DNA of 64,000 bases from Eledone cirrhosa (lineage: Eukaryota), in assembly GCA_964016885.1 (NCBI GenBank), contig OZ024745.1, positions 100,812,001 through 100,876,000 on the forward strand. The letters are read 5' to 3'. The position numbers and the translations under genes were made by a program. Of this stretch, positions 26,260 through 40,310 are shown in pieces (position 1 is the first letter of the stretch; every line of letters starts with the position of its first letter). The notes under the pieces were generated by a model that did not search any database, was not told the DNA's origin, and was given only the letters and a program-made list of their open reading frames with translations.

Positions 26260-27170
26260 AATTGTTTCTACTTTTGGCACCAGGCCAGCAATTATCCCAG
26301 TGCATTACTGGTACTTTATTTTATCGACCCTGTAAGGATGAAAGGCAAAGTTAACGTCGGCGGGACTTGAACTCGGATCATAAAGGGAGGTAACTCTATG
26401 CTTCAAAGCATGGCGCCCAACCCTCTACCAATACTGCCAATCCATCGCCCTTAATCCATTCCTTAATGTTTATAATGGTGACTTCATAGTAATGCAAAAT
26501 AATAATAATTGTTTCTACTTTTGGCACAAGGTCAGCAATTATCCCAGTGTATTACTGGTACTTTATTTTATCGACCCCGTAAGGATGAAAGGCAAAGTTA
26601 ACCTCGGTGGGATTTGAACTCAGATCATAAAGGGAGGTAACACTATGCTTCAAAGCATGGCGCCCGACTCTCTACCAATACTGCCAATCCACCGCCTTGG
26701 ATTGCAAAATAATAATAATGATTTCTAGTATAGGCACAAGGCCAGTAATTTGTTTGGGGTGTGTGTGGGGGTCGATTAAATCGACACCAGTATGTTACTG
26801 GTGATTTATTTTATCGACCCCGTAAGGATGAAAGGCAAATTTAACCTTGGCGGGATTTGAACTCAGACCGTAAAGGGCCGTAACTCCTTGCTGCAAAGCA
26901 TGACGTCCGACCCTCTACCGATACTCTCAATCTACAATAATAATAATAATGGTTTCTTATATAGGGACAAGGCCAGCAATTTTGGAGGAGGGGAAAGTCT
27001 CGATTTAATCGACCCCAGTGCGTGACTAGTTCTTTATTTTATCGACCCCGTAAGGATGAAAGGCAAAGTTAACCTCGGCGGGATTTGAACTCAGACTGTA
27101 AAGGACCGTAACTCAATGCTGCAAAGCATGGCGTCCGACCCTCTACCGATACTGCCAGTCTACAATAATA
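26260..27170 (-). mobile_element. Cluster of four same-orientation SINE family 1 copies
   Basis: Copies at ~26260-26455, 26510-26700, 26720-26935 and 26950-27165. TSDs attccttaatgtttataat (26244/26458) and tgcaaaataataataat (26493/26703). Confidence 0.9.
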
Positions 27171-27769
27171 ATAATAATAAAAATAAAAAAATAAAAAATA
27201 AATGCTAGAAAATATGTATCACGTAATCCAGGGCTAGATAACATTTTTGAGTCCTTATAAAGCTCAAAGAATGCGACTATTATTGAGATATTCATGTATA
27301 ACTGGAACAGTTCTGTTACTACATACACAAACATCCCAGACCTTATTTTAGGAAAGCTGTATACACCAACACTTTAGAATGTCATGTCGTTTTATTTTCT
27401 CTGTCTTTTTACCGTAATTACAATACGACTCCTGTTCCTCTCAAATAACAGCTTGCATGTAACATCCAAGCCAACCTGTCGCATCTGCTACACTTCTCAA
27501 CATCTTTCTTGTCTCACGTTCTGAAGATACTAAACGTTCTTCTACATTTGTTTTTCTTCATAATTCTAGTCCTTTGAAATTACATCCGAGCCCATATTTA
27601 CTCCCGTGATAGCACGTAGAAGAAAGAGTGACATTAGAAGAAAAAGTGGAAAGTTGGTAAGATGCTAAGGATTATTGAAAAAAAAAAAAAATGGTATAAG
27701 AGAAGAATTGGGAGGACGTCAAGATATATTGAGCGGTTCCTCAACTTTACCCGACTTTATAATTATTTT

Positions 27770-28150
27770 TGATTAAGGCAAAAGCCGAAAATTTGAGGGG
27801 GAGCAAAGTCGATCAAGTCGATCTCTGTGCATTACTGGCACTTTATTTTATCGACCCAGGAAGGATGAAAGGTAAAGCTAACCTTGGTGGTATTTGAATT
27901 TAGAATATAAAGGGACGTAACTCTATACCGCAAATCATGTTGACCGGCGCTCTAACGATACTACTAATGATTCCCCCGACTATATGATAATGTCTACTTT
28001 AGGCACATGGCCAGCAATTTGAAGAGGAGGGGAAAGTCGATTAAATCGACCCCAGTGCATTATTGACCCCGTAAGGATGAAAAGCAGAGCTAATTTCGGC
28101 GGGATTTGAACTCAGAACATATAGGGCCGTAACTCTATGCTGCAAAGACC
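27770..28150 (-). mobile_element. Two further SINE family 1 copies
   Basis: Family core on the minus strand at 27840-27900 and 28060-28115. Confidence 0.8.
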
Positions 28151-28565
28151 CGACTATTTAATAAAAGAAGTTTATAATTAAGCTTGGTTTAAGCAACGAC
28201 AACAATATAATTGGCCCATAGGTCTGTTAGGGAGGAGAGAATTGACATCTGAGATGCGACAAATATTTCATTATTAAAATTGTTGTAGAAATCGTAAGAT
28301 TTTGGAAAGATAGAGAAGAAAATAATTGTGAATTGCAATTTTCAAATAGATATGTCTAAGGCACAAGAGTCATATACATAGGCTACTGCTTTCTTCTAAA
28401 ATCTCAGATCAAGTCACTGGCCTTGGGAGTGAAACTGAAGCAGTCTGTCGGGTATATATATATATAAAAAAACATGAGAAGAAAGAAGAATACTGCGTGG
28501 TTGCACATGGGTTACATATGATAAAATTAGTCCCTCGTCAGTGATTTGCCAACCATCATTGATAT

Positions 28566-28646
28566 TAAGACACCTTATTCAGAGAATAATGTGATATGTA
28601 TAATATTTTCTCTATAAATATACATACATACATATATATATATCTA

Positions 28647-28717
<71 letters not shown>

Positions 28718-28949
28718 TATAGCTCTACACCTCAACACAGAAGTGAAACTAAACATCGAGTGCTCACCCGGGTGAACCTGCAGTAACTCCAAGTTACACT
28801 CCCTAGATAGATAGATGTATGTATGTATGTATGTATGTATGTATGTATGTATGTATGTATGTATGTATGTATGTATGTATGTATGTATGTATGCATGTAT
28901 AGAGAACATATTATACATATTACATTATCCTCTGAATAAGGTGTCTTAA
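28566..28949. repeat. ~55 bp inverted repeats enclosing microsatellites and a short unique core
   Basis: ttaagacaccttattcagagaataatgtgatatgtataatattttctctata pairs with tatagagaacatattatacatattacattatcctctgaataaggtgtcttaa. Confidence 0.8.
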
Positions 28950-28999
28950 AGATACCTTTTCATTGAGATATTATGCATATTTGTGACAAATTTTAATTG

Positions 29000-29035
<36 letters not shown>

Positions 29036-29299
29036 CGTGTGTGTGTGCGAGTCCGCATTTGTGTTCACTGTATGTTTATTTCAATGAATAGAGATCGATA
29101 AATAAATACCAGATTTAAGAAATGTCACATAATATTTGGACCCCAGCATAGCTGGAGTCAAATTATTGAAAATTGTAAAAGAATAAAATAAAATACAACC
29201 ACGATATCTAATTAAAACTTCTAGGTTCTAAATCTTTTATTTTTCCAACTACTTTTCGAAATTAGCAAAGCTATTTTGTCAATATAGTTGACTTTGTCA

Positions 29300-29972
29300 A
29301 AAGTTTTCTCGACAGAGCTGTTTTGCAAGAGAACGGGTCGCAGGTGGCGGATAGCGATACGGTCACCAGGTATGATGGGTAACTGTCGGACGAATAAGCA
29401 GCCCCTGACAAACAGCGGTAAATTTCTATGGGCGATAGAGAAAGGGGTGACACATGTAGCTCCCAAGAAAACTCTCATAACCCAGTGATGTAGCTATGAT
29501 GAGGCGAGTAAAGGCGGCCCCTAAAAAAGCCTACTCTTCGCGGTTTTGAGAAAGTACTAGATTGCTGACTGGCACGAATAAGACTACTGCAACTGCAGTA
29601 TTGTGAGAGGAACAAAAAAGAAACTTACGGCATCGTCCTTCACACGGGTTAAGAAGGGACGCGTTCAGGCCTTAGGTAGAGGAGCCTATTAAAAAAATGT
29701 ATATTGCGGTCTACATTTCATGTCGCAAAAACTGGCGATGGGCCTTCTACCTCTCCTGGGAGGCGTGGAATGGACGCTCAAAGAGGGTCAGGAATGGAGC
29801 AAACCTTGACAATTGGAACCTGGAACATCCCAATCCTTACAGGTAAGGAGCAGAGCAGGAAATAGTGGAGGAGGCTAGATGCTACCGGCTAGATATAGTC
29901 GGCGTTTCCTCAATAAAGTTCCGTGGTTCTGATACTGTAGATTTGGATGGAGGATAAAACTCTACTATTCAG
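29300..29972 (+). mobile_element. 5' end of an RTE-clade LINE (5' UTR plus APE N-terminus)
   Basis: 29805-29972 reads LTIGTWNIPILTGKEQ..EIVEEARCYRLDIVGVSS..RGSDTVDLDGG*KLYYS with a frameshift. The 5' UTR extent is inferred from GC content. Confidence 0.75.
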
Positions 29973-31439
29973 AAGAGAAAAAATGAAACATTGTACACTA
30001 TATAAAATGTGACAATTTTGTTTGAACGATATGCATACTTCTAAGCTTATACTCAATGTTAATGTTGTTGAAGTAGTTGATCGTAAAAACAATCTGACAT
30101 ATATCGTCGAGGCTAAGCTACATATCTAGTTCATATTGTTATATTGTGCTTATATGATTATCGTTAAATTTATTTATGATAAAAACTGTATAAACATGAT
30201 ATTATTTACAGTAACAATAATAATAACAATGACAACTATAATGACGGCAATAATAAAAATAATAGGGGAAACAGAAGGTAAGAAAGAATAGGAAAATATT
30301 GAGAAAAAAGAGAGAAAGAAAGAAGAAAAAGAACGGGAGGGGGAGGGAAGGGGTGGAAAGAGTTCTGGTGGCGCAGAAGAGAGAGAGGGGAAGGGTGAAT
30401 GGGGAAGACTGATTGGGCTTTGGGCCTAGGGCAAGAGGGCAGAAGTGCTGTGCCCCACGGATAAGACGGCAAAAGCATTCCCTCAGACAATGGCCAGTGA
30501 CACCAGCTGCACCAGCGACCCAACCTCGCGGGGCTCCCTCCTCAGACGGGCTGCCAACGTTCCGATCTTGTAAGGGGTCCAAGTACATTGTTCTTCAAAT
30601 TCAAAAAGGAAAAACTAAAGATGAATCTACTATCGGTTCCGGTTTATTAGACGCCAGTGGTTTTGAACAAAATAGCTGATACTATAATATAAAGAATATA
30701 CACCATTTTCCCCACTCAACTCCTTTCTACAAAACAGAAGTCTGTTATTCTTTGGTACAATGGACGAACACAAACATTTATGCATCAAAGTTTGCCAGAC
30801 GACAACAAAGTTCTCGTTTACAGTTAGTCAGTGAGGCGCCCCCTGCCAGAGATGAGCTGCTTCACACAAAGAGGGCGCCGTATCGTTGAAGCATATGGCT
30901 ACAACAGCACTACACCTCTATCTCTGTGGCACATCTCTGTAAATAATCAGCGGATGCCGTAGTAATCGGACCAGCTGTTTCCCTATTACTTCTCCTCAAA
31001 GAAAAACAAACATGTAAGATCAAAGGTTTAATGTGAAGAGTCATTACGAAGTGAGGAGGAAAAATTCTAAAGGTGAACAGTCAGAAATTAGAGGAAGAAA
31101 GATCTCTTACTGTGAAGAGAAAAATAACGAAAAAAAAAAAAGAAAAAAAAAAAAGAAGAAAGACAAAGACGGCGAATATGTGAAAAGGAAGTGGGAAGAA
31201 AAAGAATGAAATTTGAGGAAAAAGTAAAAGACGAAAGAGAAATAAGAAGATAATACATAGAAGAAAGAAGAAAAGTAGAAGAAAAAAAAAGGTGATAAGG
31301 TGCTAAAGATTATTGACAAAAAAATAGTATATGAGGATAAAACACTGAATGGCGACTAAAATAAAATGGGAAAGAAAAAGGCCAACATATGATATCTAAA
31401 CACACAGAAACATTATGTGTGTGTGTGGGTGCGTGTGGG

Positions 31440-31814
31440 GGGGTCCCGGGTTCAATCGGGGTAACCACAGTAAGGTATTCAATATATTAGTAGAGTGAAT
31501 TGGGCGGTGTATTGGCAGTATCTGTAGAGGGTCGGACGCCATGCTTTGCAGCATAGAGTTACGGCCCTTTATGATCTGTGTTCAACTCCCGTCGAAGTTA
31601 ACTTTGCCTTTCATCCTTACGGGGCCGATAAAATCAAGTACCAGTCAGGCACTGGGGTCGATTTAATCGACTTCCCCTCCCCCAAAATTGCTGGCCTATA
31701 TAAAAAACCAATATATTAGTAGAGTGTAAACAAAATATTTAATATAGAAATGGCTTCTACGGGACTAGAACTGTTTTGTTCATTAGAATCATCAGGCTTT
31801 CCTGATGATTACTT

Positions 31815-31874
<60 letters not shown>

Positions 31875-32100
31875 TGTTTAATATATAAATGTCTTCTACA
31901 TGACTAGGACTATTTCATTCAAAAGTAATCATCAGGAAAGCCTGATGATTTCTAATGAACAAAACAGTTCTAGTCCCGTAGAAGCCATTTCTATATTAAA
32001 TATTTTGTTTACACTCTACTAATATATTGGTTTCTTATATAGGCCAGCAATTTTGGGGGAGGGAGAAGTTGATTAAATCGACCCAGTGCGTAACTAGTAC
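31440..32100. mobile_element. Family A hammerhead element interrupted by a SINE and duplicated as an inverted repeat
   Basis: SINE 31500-31709 has TSD aatatattagtagagtg (31481/31710). 31640-31820 is the reverse complement of ~31917-32098. CTGATGA cores occur in both orientations. Confidence 0.8.
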
Positions 32101-32106
32101 TATATA

Positions 32107-32184
32107 TAGGGTGTCCTAAAAAAATGTACACACACCTTGATTAGAATGCTGTTGAAGTATGTATACATTTTTGGGGGACATCAT
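32107..32184. mobile_element. Tiny Tc1/mariner-like MITE
   Basis: TAGGGTGTCCTAAAAAAATGTACACA...TGTATACATTTTTGGGGGACATCATA, in a TA context. Confidence 0.55.
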
Positions 32185-32388
32185 ATATATATATATATAA
32201 AAGAAAGAAAAAGAGCAAGAATGAAGGGTTCATTCTACTGACATGGCTATAAAATTGAGGCTTGTTTGTATAATTGCAAACGAATCGAATGTTATTAATA
32301 TTCGAAAAACTCAGATTACATTTATTATATATATATACGTGAAGTAAATAAAGGAGAACAAACCGTTAAAACATGTTTATTAATTATA

Positions 32389-32690
<302 letters not shown>

Positions 32691-33832
32691 ATTATTACAT
32701 CATCATTGTCATCTTGGTGTCAAAATTTTGATTTAATTGAATTTCTTGTATAAGATCGCTATATAGGCCTACTTTTTAAACTCAGAGAATGCAGCCGACA
32801 AACACAAGAGATCTGAAGATTAGAGGGATGTACGAGTCCTCGTTGTCAGATTGCTTTCATCCATTGACGTCACCTTCAGCCATCCTTTTCTTTCTGTTTC
32901 CTTTCCAATGAAGCTGCGTTCTACACCACACTTTACATCTCCAGAGTGGTTGATCAGATGCAGCGAGAAGATGCAGATGCAGCAAGAAACATTAATATTA
33001 AACTTGCTGTGTATATATTGTATGATCTGGTAACTCCCTCATGGGTGAGTCGTAAGGGCATCGCATTGAGATACAGTGTTTAATAGTGTATACTTCTTAT
33101 ATTAACGTCTTAAAGCGTTCACTCTTGTAATTCTCCCTATATAATCTTCTTCGGCAGTCGATGGTTCGAAAGTAAACTAATACACCAAAAGCAACTATTT
33201 CTACAATTTATTCAACTACTTTATTGTTAAAAATGTTTTGTGGTAGCTTTACAAAAAGCTAACATACTTTCAAACAACATTATATACGATCCAACGGATC
33301 TATCTGCTAAAAATAGCAGCCTTAAATATTTTAAAGGACACATTAAGAAATATGTAGAAAAAAAGCAGAACCCGAGAAAGCGTAAGGAGATTTTGCTGGC
33401 AAAAAAATATTCATTTAAGTACAGGTTCGTAAGCCGTGGAGAAACGAAAGGAACCCAAGACTTCCCGACTGACCTTTTCTCTAATAATATAAATATTTTC
33501 AAAAGCAGCTTTACATATACTACACCTGACGGGGTATTCACGGCTGGAATACTTTGGGGCATAGGTTTGCTCGATCAGCTTTGACCTACGATTTGAAAGC
33601 AGTGAGCCTGAATAAATATAGTAACTCATTTTATCTAACGATCTAGCGACTCTGCCAATCGACAACCTACAAGTCACACTATCTCTACAACATCTCTACA
33701 ATATACCATATCACACTGCATATTTTACTCTGTACACCATTAATAAAAGAGAGCATTTGTTTGGTCATCGGGTCTGCTTGAAATAGCAGCCAAATTTACA
33801 TGAAATTACACCACCCGAATTATAGAAATAGA

Positions 33833-34017
33833 GTTTCTACTTCTGGCACAAGCCCAGCGATTACCCCAGTGCATTACTGGTACTTTATTTTATCGACCCC
33901 CTGTAAGGATGAAAGGCAAAGTTAACCTCGGCAGATTTGAACTCAGAACGCAAAGGGCCATAACTCTAAGCTGCAAAGCATGGTGTCTGACGCTCTACCG
34001 ATACTACCAAACCACCA
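33833..34017 (-). mobile_element. SINE family 1 with TSD
   Basis: Family core, flanked by gaattata(g/a)aaataga on both sides. Confidence 0.85.
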
Positions 34018-35914
34018 GAATTATAAAAATAGAAGGATACATTAGCAGATCCAAATGTAGTCAGAGAAAATGACAGAAATGTCATTTGCCATATGTTTGC
34101 TCGATAATGGCTGACCCAAGGCTAATCCAAAAAACTGAAGAAAAAGAAAAACGTAGATTTTGAAAAGTAACAAATTATTCCCTGTTCTATTTCGTCACAA
34201 ATTATGTTCATACATAGATATTTGTATAAACCTATCCCTCAGGCACAAGGATATGTATGTTAACACATTAACGCTCTTACTGATAGAGCGCAGATAATAT
34301 GAAAATTAGTACGTCCATTTCAATACTACTATAAGTGATAGGTTATACAAGCCTCTGAATTATGTATTTCCTTGTGGTTATTTAGTTGATATGTATGGTC
34401 CCGTAACTCCTGATAGAGTCGTAGGGACTCCGTGTTGACATACCGCCTTTCTTTGGTACTCTAAGCCTGGCGGAGCCCATCCCTCTCCAGGCCTGAGTAC
34501 AGAAAATTTCTTCCAGAGAAAGATAGAAAGTGAGAGAGAGAGGAAATGTGAAAGAGATATAGATGTAGAATCGACTCCAGTACTACACTGGTATTTTTTT
34601 ATCGGCCTCGAAAGGACGAAAGGCAAAGTTGACCTCGGCGGGATTTAAACTCAGAAAGCAGAGAGCCAAAACGAATATCATAAAGCATTCTATCCGATGT
34701 TCTAACTAACGACTCTGCTAATTCGCCGCCTTTTACTTGATATGCATGCCCTCTAATGAGAACCAACCTAGGGTTGAAAACTGGTTAAATGTGTTGATCG
34801 TTGTATTCAATTTACAAGGAAATGCATGTATTTGGCATTTTTACATGACTGTATATTAAACTTCTGTAAATTCATATACACATTTATACTGTCTCGGTTA
34901 CTTCTATTCTGTGAAAATACAGATATAAATATCGTATATTTCGCTGCTTAGCACGCAACGTTGGCCCTTTCCATTCTGAGTTCAAATCCCGCCGAGGTTA
35001 ACTTTGCCTTTCATCCTTACGGGGTCGATAAAATAAAGTACCAGTAATGCACTGGGTAATTGCTGGCCTTGTGCCAAAAGTAGAAACAGTTATATATATA
35101 TATATATATATGAGACGGGGGTGCCACGCATGCCTCATTATACACGTGACTACATGCAGTTGTTTAAAATATCCTTTAGTATACTTCTATTTATGTGTGT
35201 GAATAACCAGCAGAAAATCAGTAGAGGAAAGTAGAAATGCTTCGAAGCTAGATATTAGAAGAGAAAAATTCTCCGTTGTGTATATGGAAGTGGTAGGGAG
35301 TTCCAATGAAATCCTAAATGGAGTGAAGTTAAATAAACGCCATTGTTGCAAGAGAAAAACGAGCTAGGTAATGCGCTGTGGTAGGTGGGTGTTCGTTGAT
35401 GATAGTAAATAAACTGATGATAGAACACGTATTTATTGTGGGAGTTAATCACAGAAAGTATCATTAAGAGGAGGATTAGAAGAGCACGTTCTTTATAGGG
35501 ATTTATTTCAACAGTAATATATCCCTTTTGTTTTGTTTTATTTCGTAATGTCTGTCGAGATTAGTGAATTCAGATAAAGTTATAAATCACAGTTTTCTTT
35601 TTCTATTTATTTACTTGTTTATTTAGAAATCACTAATAGAAAGAGCAGAAGCCAGAAAAAAAGGAAATTCTTTAGAGAAGAAAGGAGGAATGTAATGTAA
35701 AAGATATAATTAATTATTTTGACGCTCTTTTATTCTATTTATTTACTGTTCTTTTTGCAGTCACTTACAACAATGTTATTCTTTAATCCAGTCAGTTGGA
35801 AGAGTATCTTTATTCTTCCCATCCATCCAAACAAAACACACACACACACACACGTATACAGACATTTGTGAATATATATAACCATACTTAAGAATAAGTA
35901 CACGCACACACACA

Positions 35915-35962
<48 letters not shown>

Positions 35963-36164
35963 AATTTATTAACGAAAACAGCGGAACAGGGATCTGTCTA
36001 ACGCCGGCCGGTCCACTACCCACTCAATGGAACAAGATTTGAACGTACACAACTATATCTCAGAATGTACACTATATACGTTAATTGTAATGGAGAAGGC
36101 TCGCGATATATATATGTATATATATATATATATATACATATATATACACACTTATTAATATATT

Positions 36165-36325
36165 TCTTCTTCGTCCACTTATTCCTGAGAGGGTCATGGT
36201 GACAGAGTCCTTAAACACGCATTCCAGCAGCTCGTGTCAGAAGCAACCGCCTCCAATTGATCCGGCTGGATCACTAAGCGAGACAAACCGATCTCGTGGA
36301 TGTTATCCAACCATAACCACACCCC
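36165..36325 (-). mobile_element. RTE LINE 3' tip
   Basis: WLDNIHEIGLSRLVIQPDQLEAVASDTSCW, homologous to 21750-21860. Confidence 0.65.
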
Positions 36326-37158
36326 AAATGCAGTGACTGAAGCCAAGAAAAAGAAATAAAAGCCAGTAAAACATGGACAGCAGTAATGTTTGTTAGATAC
36401 CATAGGCTTTTAGCATCAATACAGACTCTAAACACTTGTCATTGCTGATGATAATATGTTTCATTCTTGGCTTATATACTACTTTTACATTTTACTTTGA
36501 TGTCGTAGAAAAAACATCATTAGCAATGTTATAAAACATTTCTTGAATAAAAAGAAAAACAATAAGATATATATATATAAATAAAAATACGTAACAATCT
36601 CTTCCACTTTATTTATTTCTAAATTTGTACACAATAGCATAAAGTATATTCCTCTATGTTAGATATTTGGCATATATGTTTCGTTTTATTGGTGTATTTT
36701 ACAGTTTATGGGGCTACCATACATTTTGCGCGTGTTCCTTTCATTTTATTTACATGCCTCGCATTTTATTTGCATGCCTTAAAGGCTCTGGGTCTGTCTT
36801 ATATTTCATGTACATAAAATATCTTCGTTTGTAACCTATGCTAGCATTTTCATTAATATGACAGAAACGTTAAATGTTGGTAGACTGAAAATAAATGCGG
36901 TAGTGACGTCTTAACGTCTTTAAAAAGAGAAAGAGCACAATAAGAAATATTGTTACTGATGTAAAAAAGGAATCCGAGATGATCACGGCTGGAACGCCTT
37001 CAATTATTAGGACCCTGAATTAGAGTTGGTCCAAGGATAGAATACAACTACAACATGTTATCTTACATGGGTGTATGACCATCTGTGGTTAAGAGTGTGT
37101 GGTGTTTATGCATATTTCAACGGCACCGTTTAAATATGGAAAATGATGTTTTCATAAC

Positions 37159-37231
<73 letters not shown>

Positions 37232-37233
37232 CG

Positions 37234-37291
<58 letters not shown>

Positions 37292-39899
37292 GAAGGATTC
37301 GGGACCCCGACGGCTGAGCTCTCGCTGTTTCAACAGCTAGTTCCGATCTATACATACACCGTACACCGTTTCTATCATTCCATAATCTTCAATTATATCC
37401 ATATATCTAATAATATATACAATATGGACAAAGACATGACTTAGTCGTTAAGAGGTTTGCTGCACAATTATAAGGTCTGGCGTTCAATCCCATTACGGGA
37501 CATCTTTGGTAAGTAACTTTCACTATAGCCTCGGGTCGACCCAAGCCTTTTGAGAGAAAACCCGTGTGGAAATCCATCGGAAAGATTCTGCCTGTAATTG
37601 AAAGGTCCATTAGTGTCATATTGTATAAGGTTAATTCGGCTGAGAATTACATTACGGATACGCATTCCTATGAATAGCCAGTCAATAATAAATCCATCTA
37701 ATTAGCACATTCAGTTAATCAAACAACTAAATATTCCTCATCAAATGTGATGAAGGATGAATCAGATTTAATGTATGTATGTAGTGAAGAGTATTTTTGA
37801 TTGATTTATCTACACATGTACATAAACTTTTTACCGTTGGATATGTGTTGTAGTGAAGCAGTCTAGTCTAGGCAAGTCCTGTGTAAATAGACGGCTATAT
37901 GGTTTAGACAGACATCTTATGATAATACTTGAGACTGAAAAAAAGCCAAGCAAAAACAGCAAAGGTCTGGTATTTGGCTCAGCGTATTATATTTGTAAGT
38001 TTATATACATCCATCATCACAGCAACCACATACCTCCTTTTCTAAAACTTCTTTAACAATGCAATGAAAATTTTGAAAAGTATAATGTAGAAAGAGAGTA
38101 ACAATATTGATGGTAGTATTTGTACTGTTAAATGCGACTGCTTTTAGATAATCGTTGTTGTACGAGCCACGCAGAGATTTTAACTTAAAAAACAAAGTAA
38201 TGGAAGAACTCTATTAAGCTTATTAATAAATAGAGTGTAATATAACCGTAACCATTGTACCAGCGCCGTGAATAATCTCGGAAAATTCATTTATCATAGT
38301 TAAGTATCAAATTAGATGTAGTGCAAAATGAAGTTTGCATCGTAAGAACATGAACGTAGTTTTCCCTATTTAATATGAGCGATTACTACATAACGCTCTC
38401 CTAGAATTGAGGTGCAATAGGCCGGCAATATATTCTCTACAATCATGTGTAAAGAGACGGTTATGTGTTTTAATATAAACCATCTGATGTTCTATTCCAA
38501 GTTTGTGCTGTACTCTTTCTTGTTTGAGATAAATTGTTTTGAAAGCAAATAAATTCAAATTAGCTTAAATATGTAGTTTATTACGTAGTTTATACGATAT
38601 TGATAGTGGTGTTGATTGCATATTATAATTAAAACACATTTTAAATGAGATTTTATTATCAAGCCTGTCAGAATTACTTTTGTAATATATTAATTTCGGA
38701 TTAACTTTGCAATTTCGAGATCCATTTTATAACGTAAAAATATATGACGTTTGATAACGTTCAGGTTTCATAGACTTCAATTGGTTTGAGTAATTGTCAA
38801 ATGATGTTTTTATACCAAATATGCTGGCTGCACTCTATAATCAAAATAACTGGGGTTCCGTCTGTTTGCAATGCAGAAATACTAACTGTCCAGGAATTAT
38901 GGCTGAACAGATAAGGATGGACATATGACTGAGTAGTTCAGAAGTTCACTTGGCAACCATGTGGGTCAAGGTACAATTCCGTTGCATGACACCAAATTCC
39001 TCCGAGCTGATAAATACATTGTAAGTTAAATTGTAAATCGTAAACTGTATAGAAGTCTGTCATCTTAAAATTGTTGATTTAGAAGCAAATCTTGAAACTC
39101 TAGTAGCGGCCAAATAATCATTTTCATAAACAAACCTTGTATTGAGTTTGAACAAAGTTATACAAAAAACAAGGGTAGGGATAAATAGTTTAAACAAGAG
39201 ACGCATTAAGATTTGATAAAACATGAAACATTCAAAACATTTTGACTTACTCACCCACACCTACCATACATATACTTTCCAGAGATCACTGAAATCACTC
39301 ATGGGAATATTTTCAGTGAGTTTCACAATAAAAGAACATGCATATTCTGGGCAAAACTACTTTTTTTCATAAATTTCTTTCATTTTTAAAAGTAAAAGTT
39401 CATCATCCGTACACTCTCAGTAGCAATCGCTTATTTCCCGGTCCTACAACATACTGCTTTGGTTTGAAGTCTCTAATTCATACACAAAGCTAAGCAATCA
39501 TTGTTGCTAGTGCTGCCGATCGTGAATTTATGGAAATCACATTGTTTCTTTTAAAAGTTTTCTCACAAAGTTGTATTTTTTGTTTTATTATTTTCATTTT
39601 TTTTTTACAATTTAGAAGGTTTGCTTGGTAACTTTGTGGCCTTCCTCAGCTACCATTTGGTCCCCATCATCTAAATTGGATAGGGGTGGCCTCACAAGAA
39701 GGAGAATCGCAGCATCGTCTACCTCCGAGACCGATCGTGAGGTAATCTTCTTAGCCAACTATGAACTAATGTAGCGTGTTTTAGCATCGTTTGCTTCTCG
39801 AATCGAAGCAGATTTTCCGTTCAACCTCGGAGTTTCAACAGGTGAGATTTCTGCTATGCACCGTCTGGTTTATTGCCTTCGAATCATATCCACGGTGGG

Positions 39900-40310
39900 A
39901 CAAAAATGGTTCCCCCAAATAGAAAATGGATTCCCAAATAAAAAATGGACCGCCCCCCCCAAAAAAAAATGGATCCACCAAATAAAAATGGACCCATCAT
40001 ATAAAAAATGGATTCATCTAATAAAAAATGGATCACCCAAATATAAAATGGTTCACCCAAATAAAAAAAAATGGATCGGCCAAATAAAAAATGGATCGCC
40101 CAAATAAAAAATGGATCACCCAAATAAAAGGTGGAAAACCCAAATAAATAAAGGATCCATCAAATAAAGAATGGATCCATCAAATAAAAATGGATCCATC
40201 AAATAAAGAATGGATCCCCCAAATAAAGAATGGATCCATCAAATAAAGAATGAATCTCCCAAATAAAGAATGGATCCATCAAATAAAAATGGATCCATCA
40301 AATAAAAGAT
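39900..40310 (+). repeat. Minisatellite, ~20-21 bp unit AAATGGATCCATCAAATAAA(G)
   Basis: About 20 degenerate tandem copies are visible. Confidence 0.92.

Noticed and set aside
30202-31010. GC-richer segment with 88-128 aa ORFs, possible exon or LINE end
   Set aside because: No recognisable protein motif in any frame, so it could not be classified.
33227-33677. Overlapping 88-114 aa ORFs
   Set aside because: No recognisable domain or splice structure; probably chance ORFs in AT-rich DNA.
39900-40310. Regularly spaced repeats superficially like a CRISPR array
   Set aside because: Contiguous tandem units without unique spacers, in a eukaryotic context with no cas genes.
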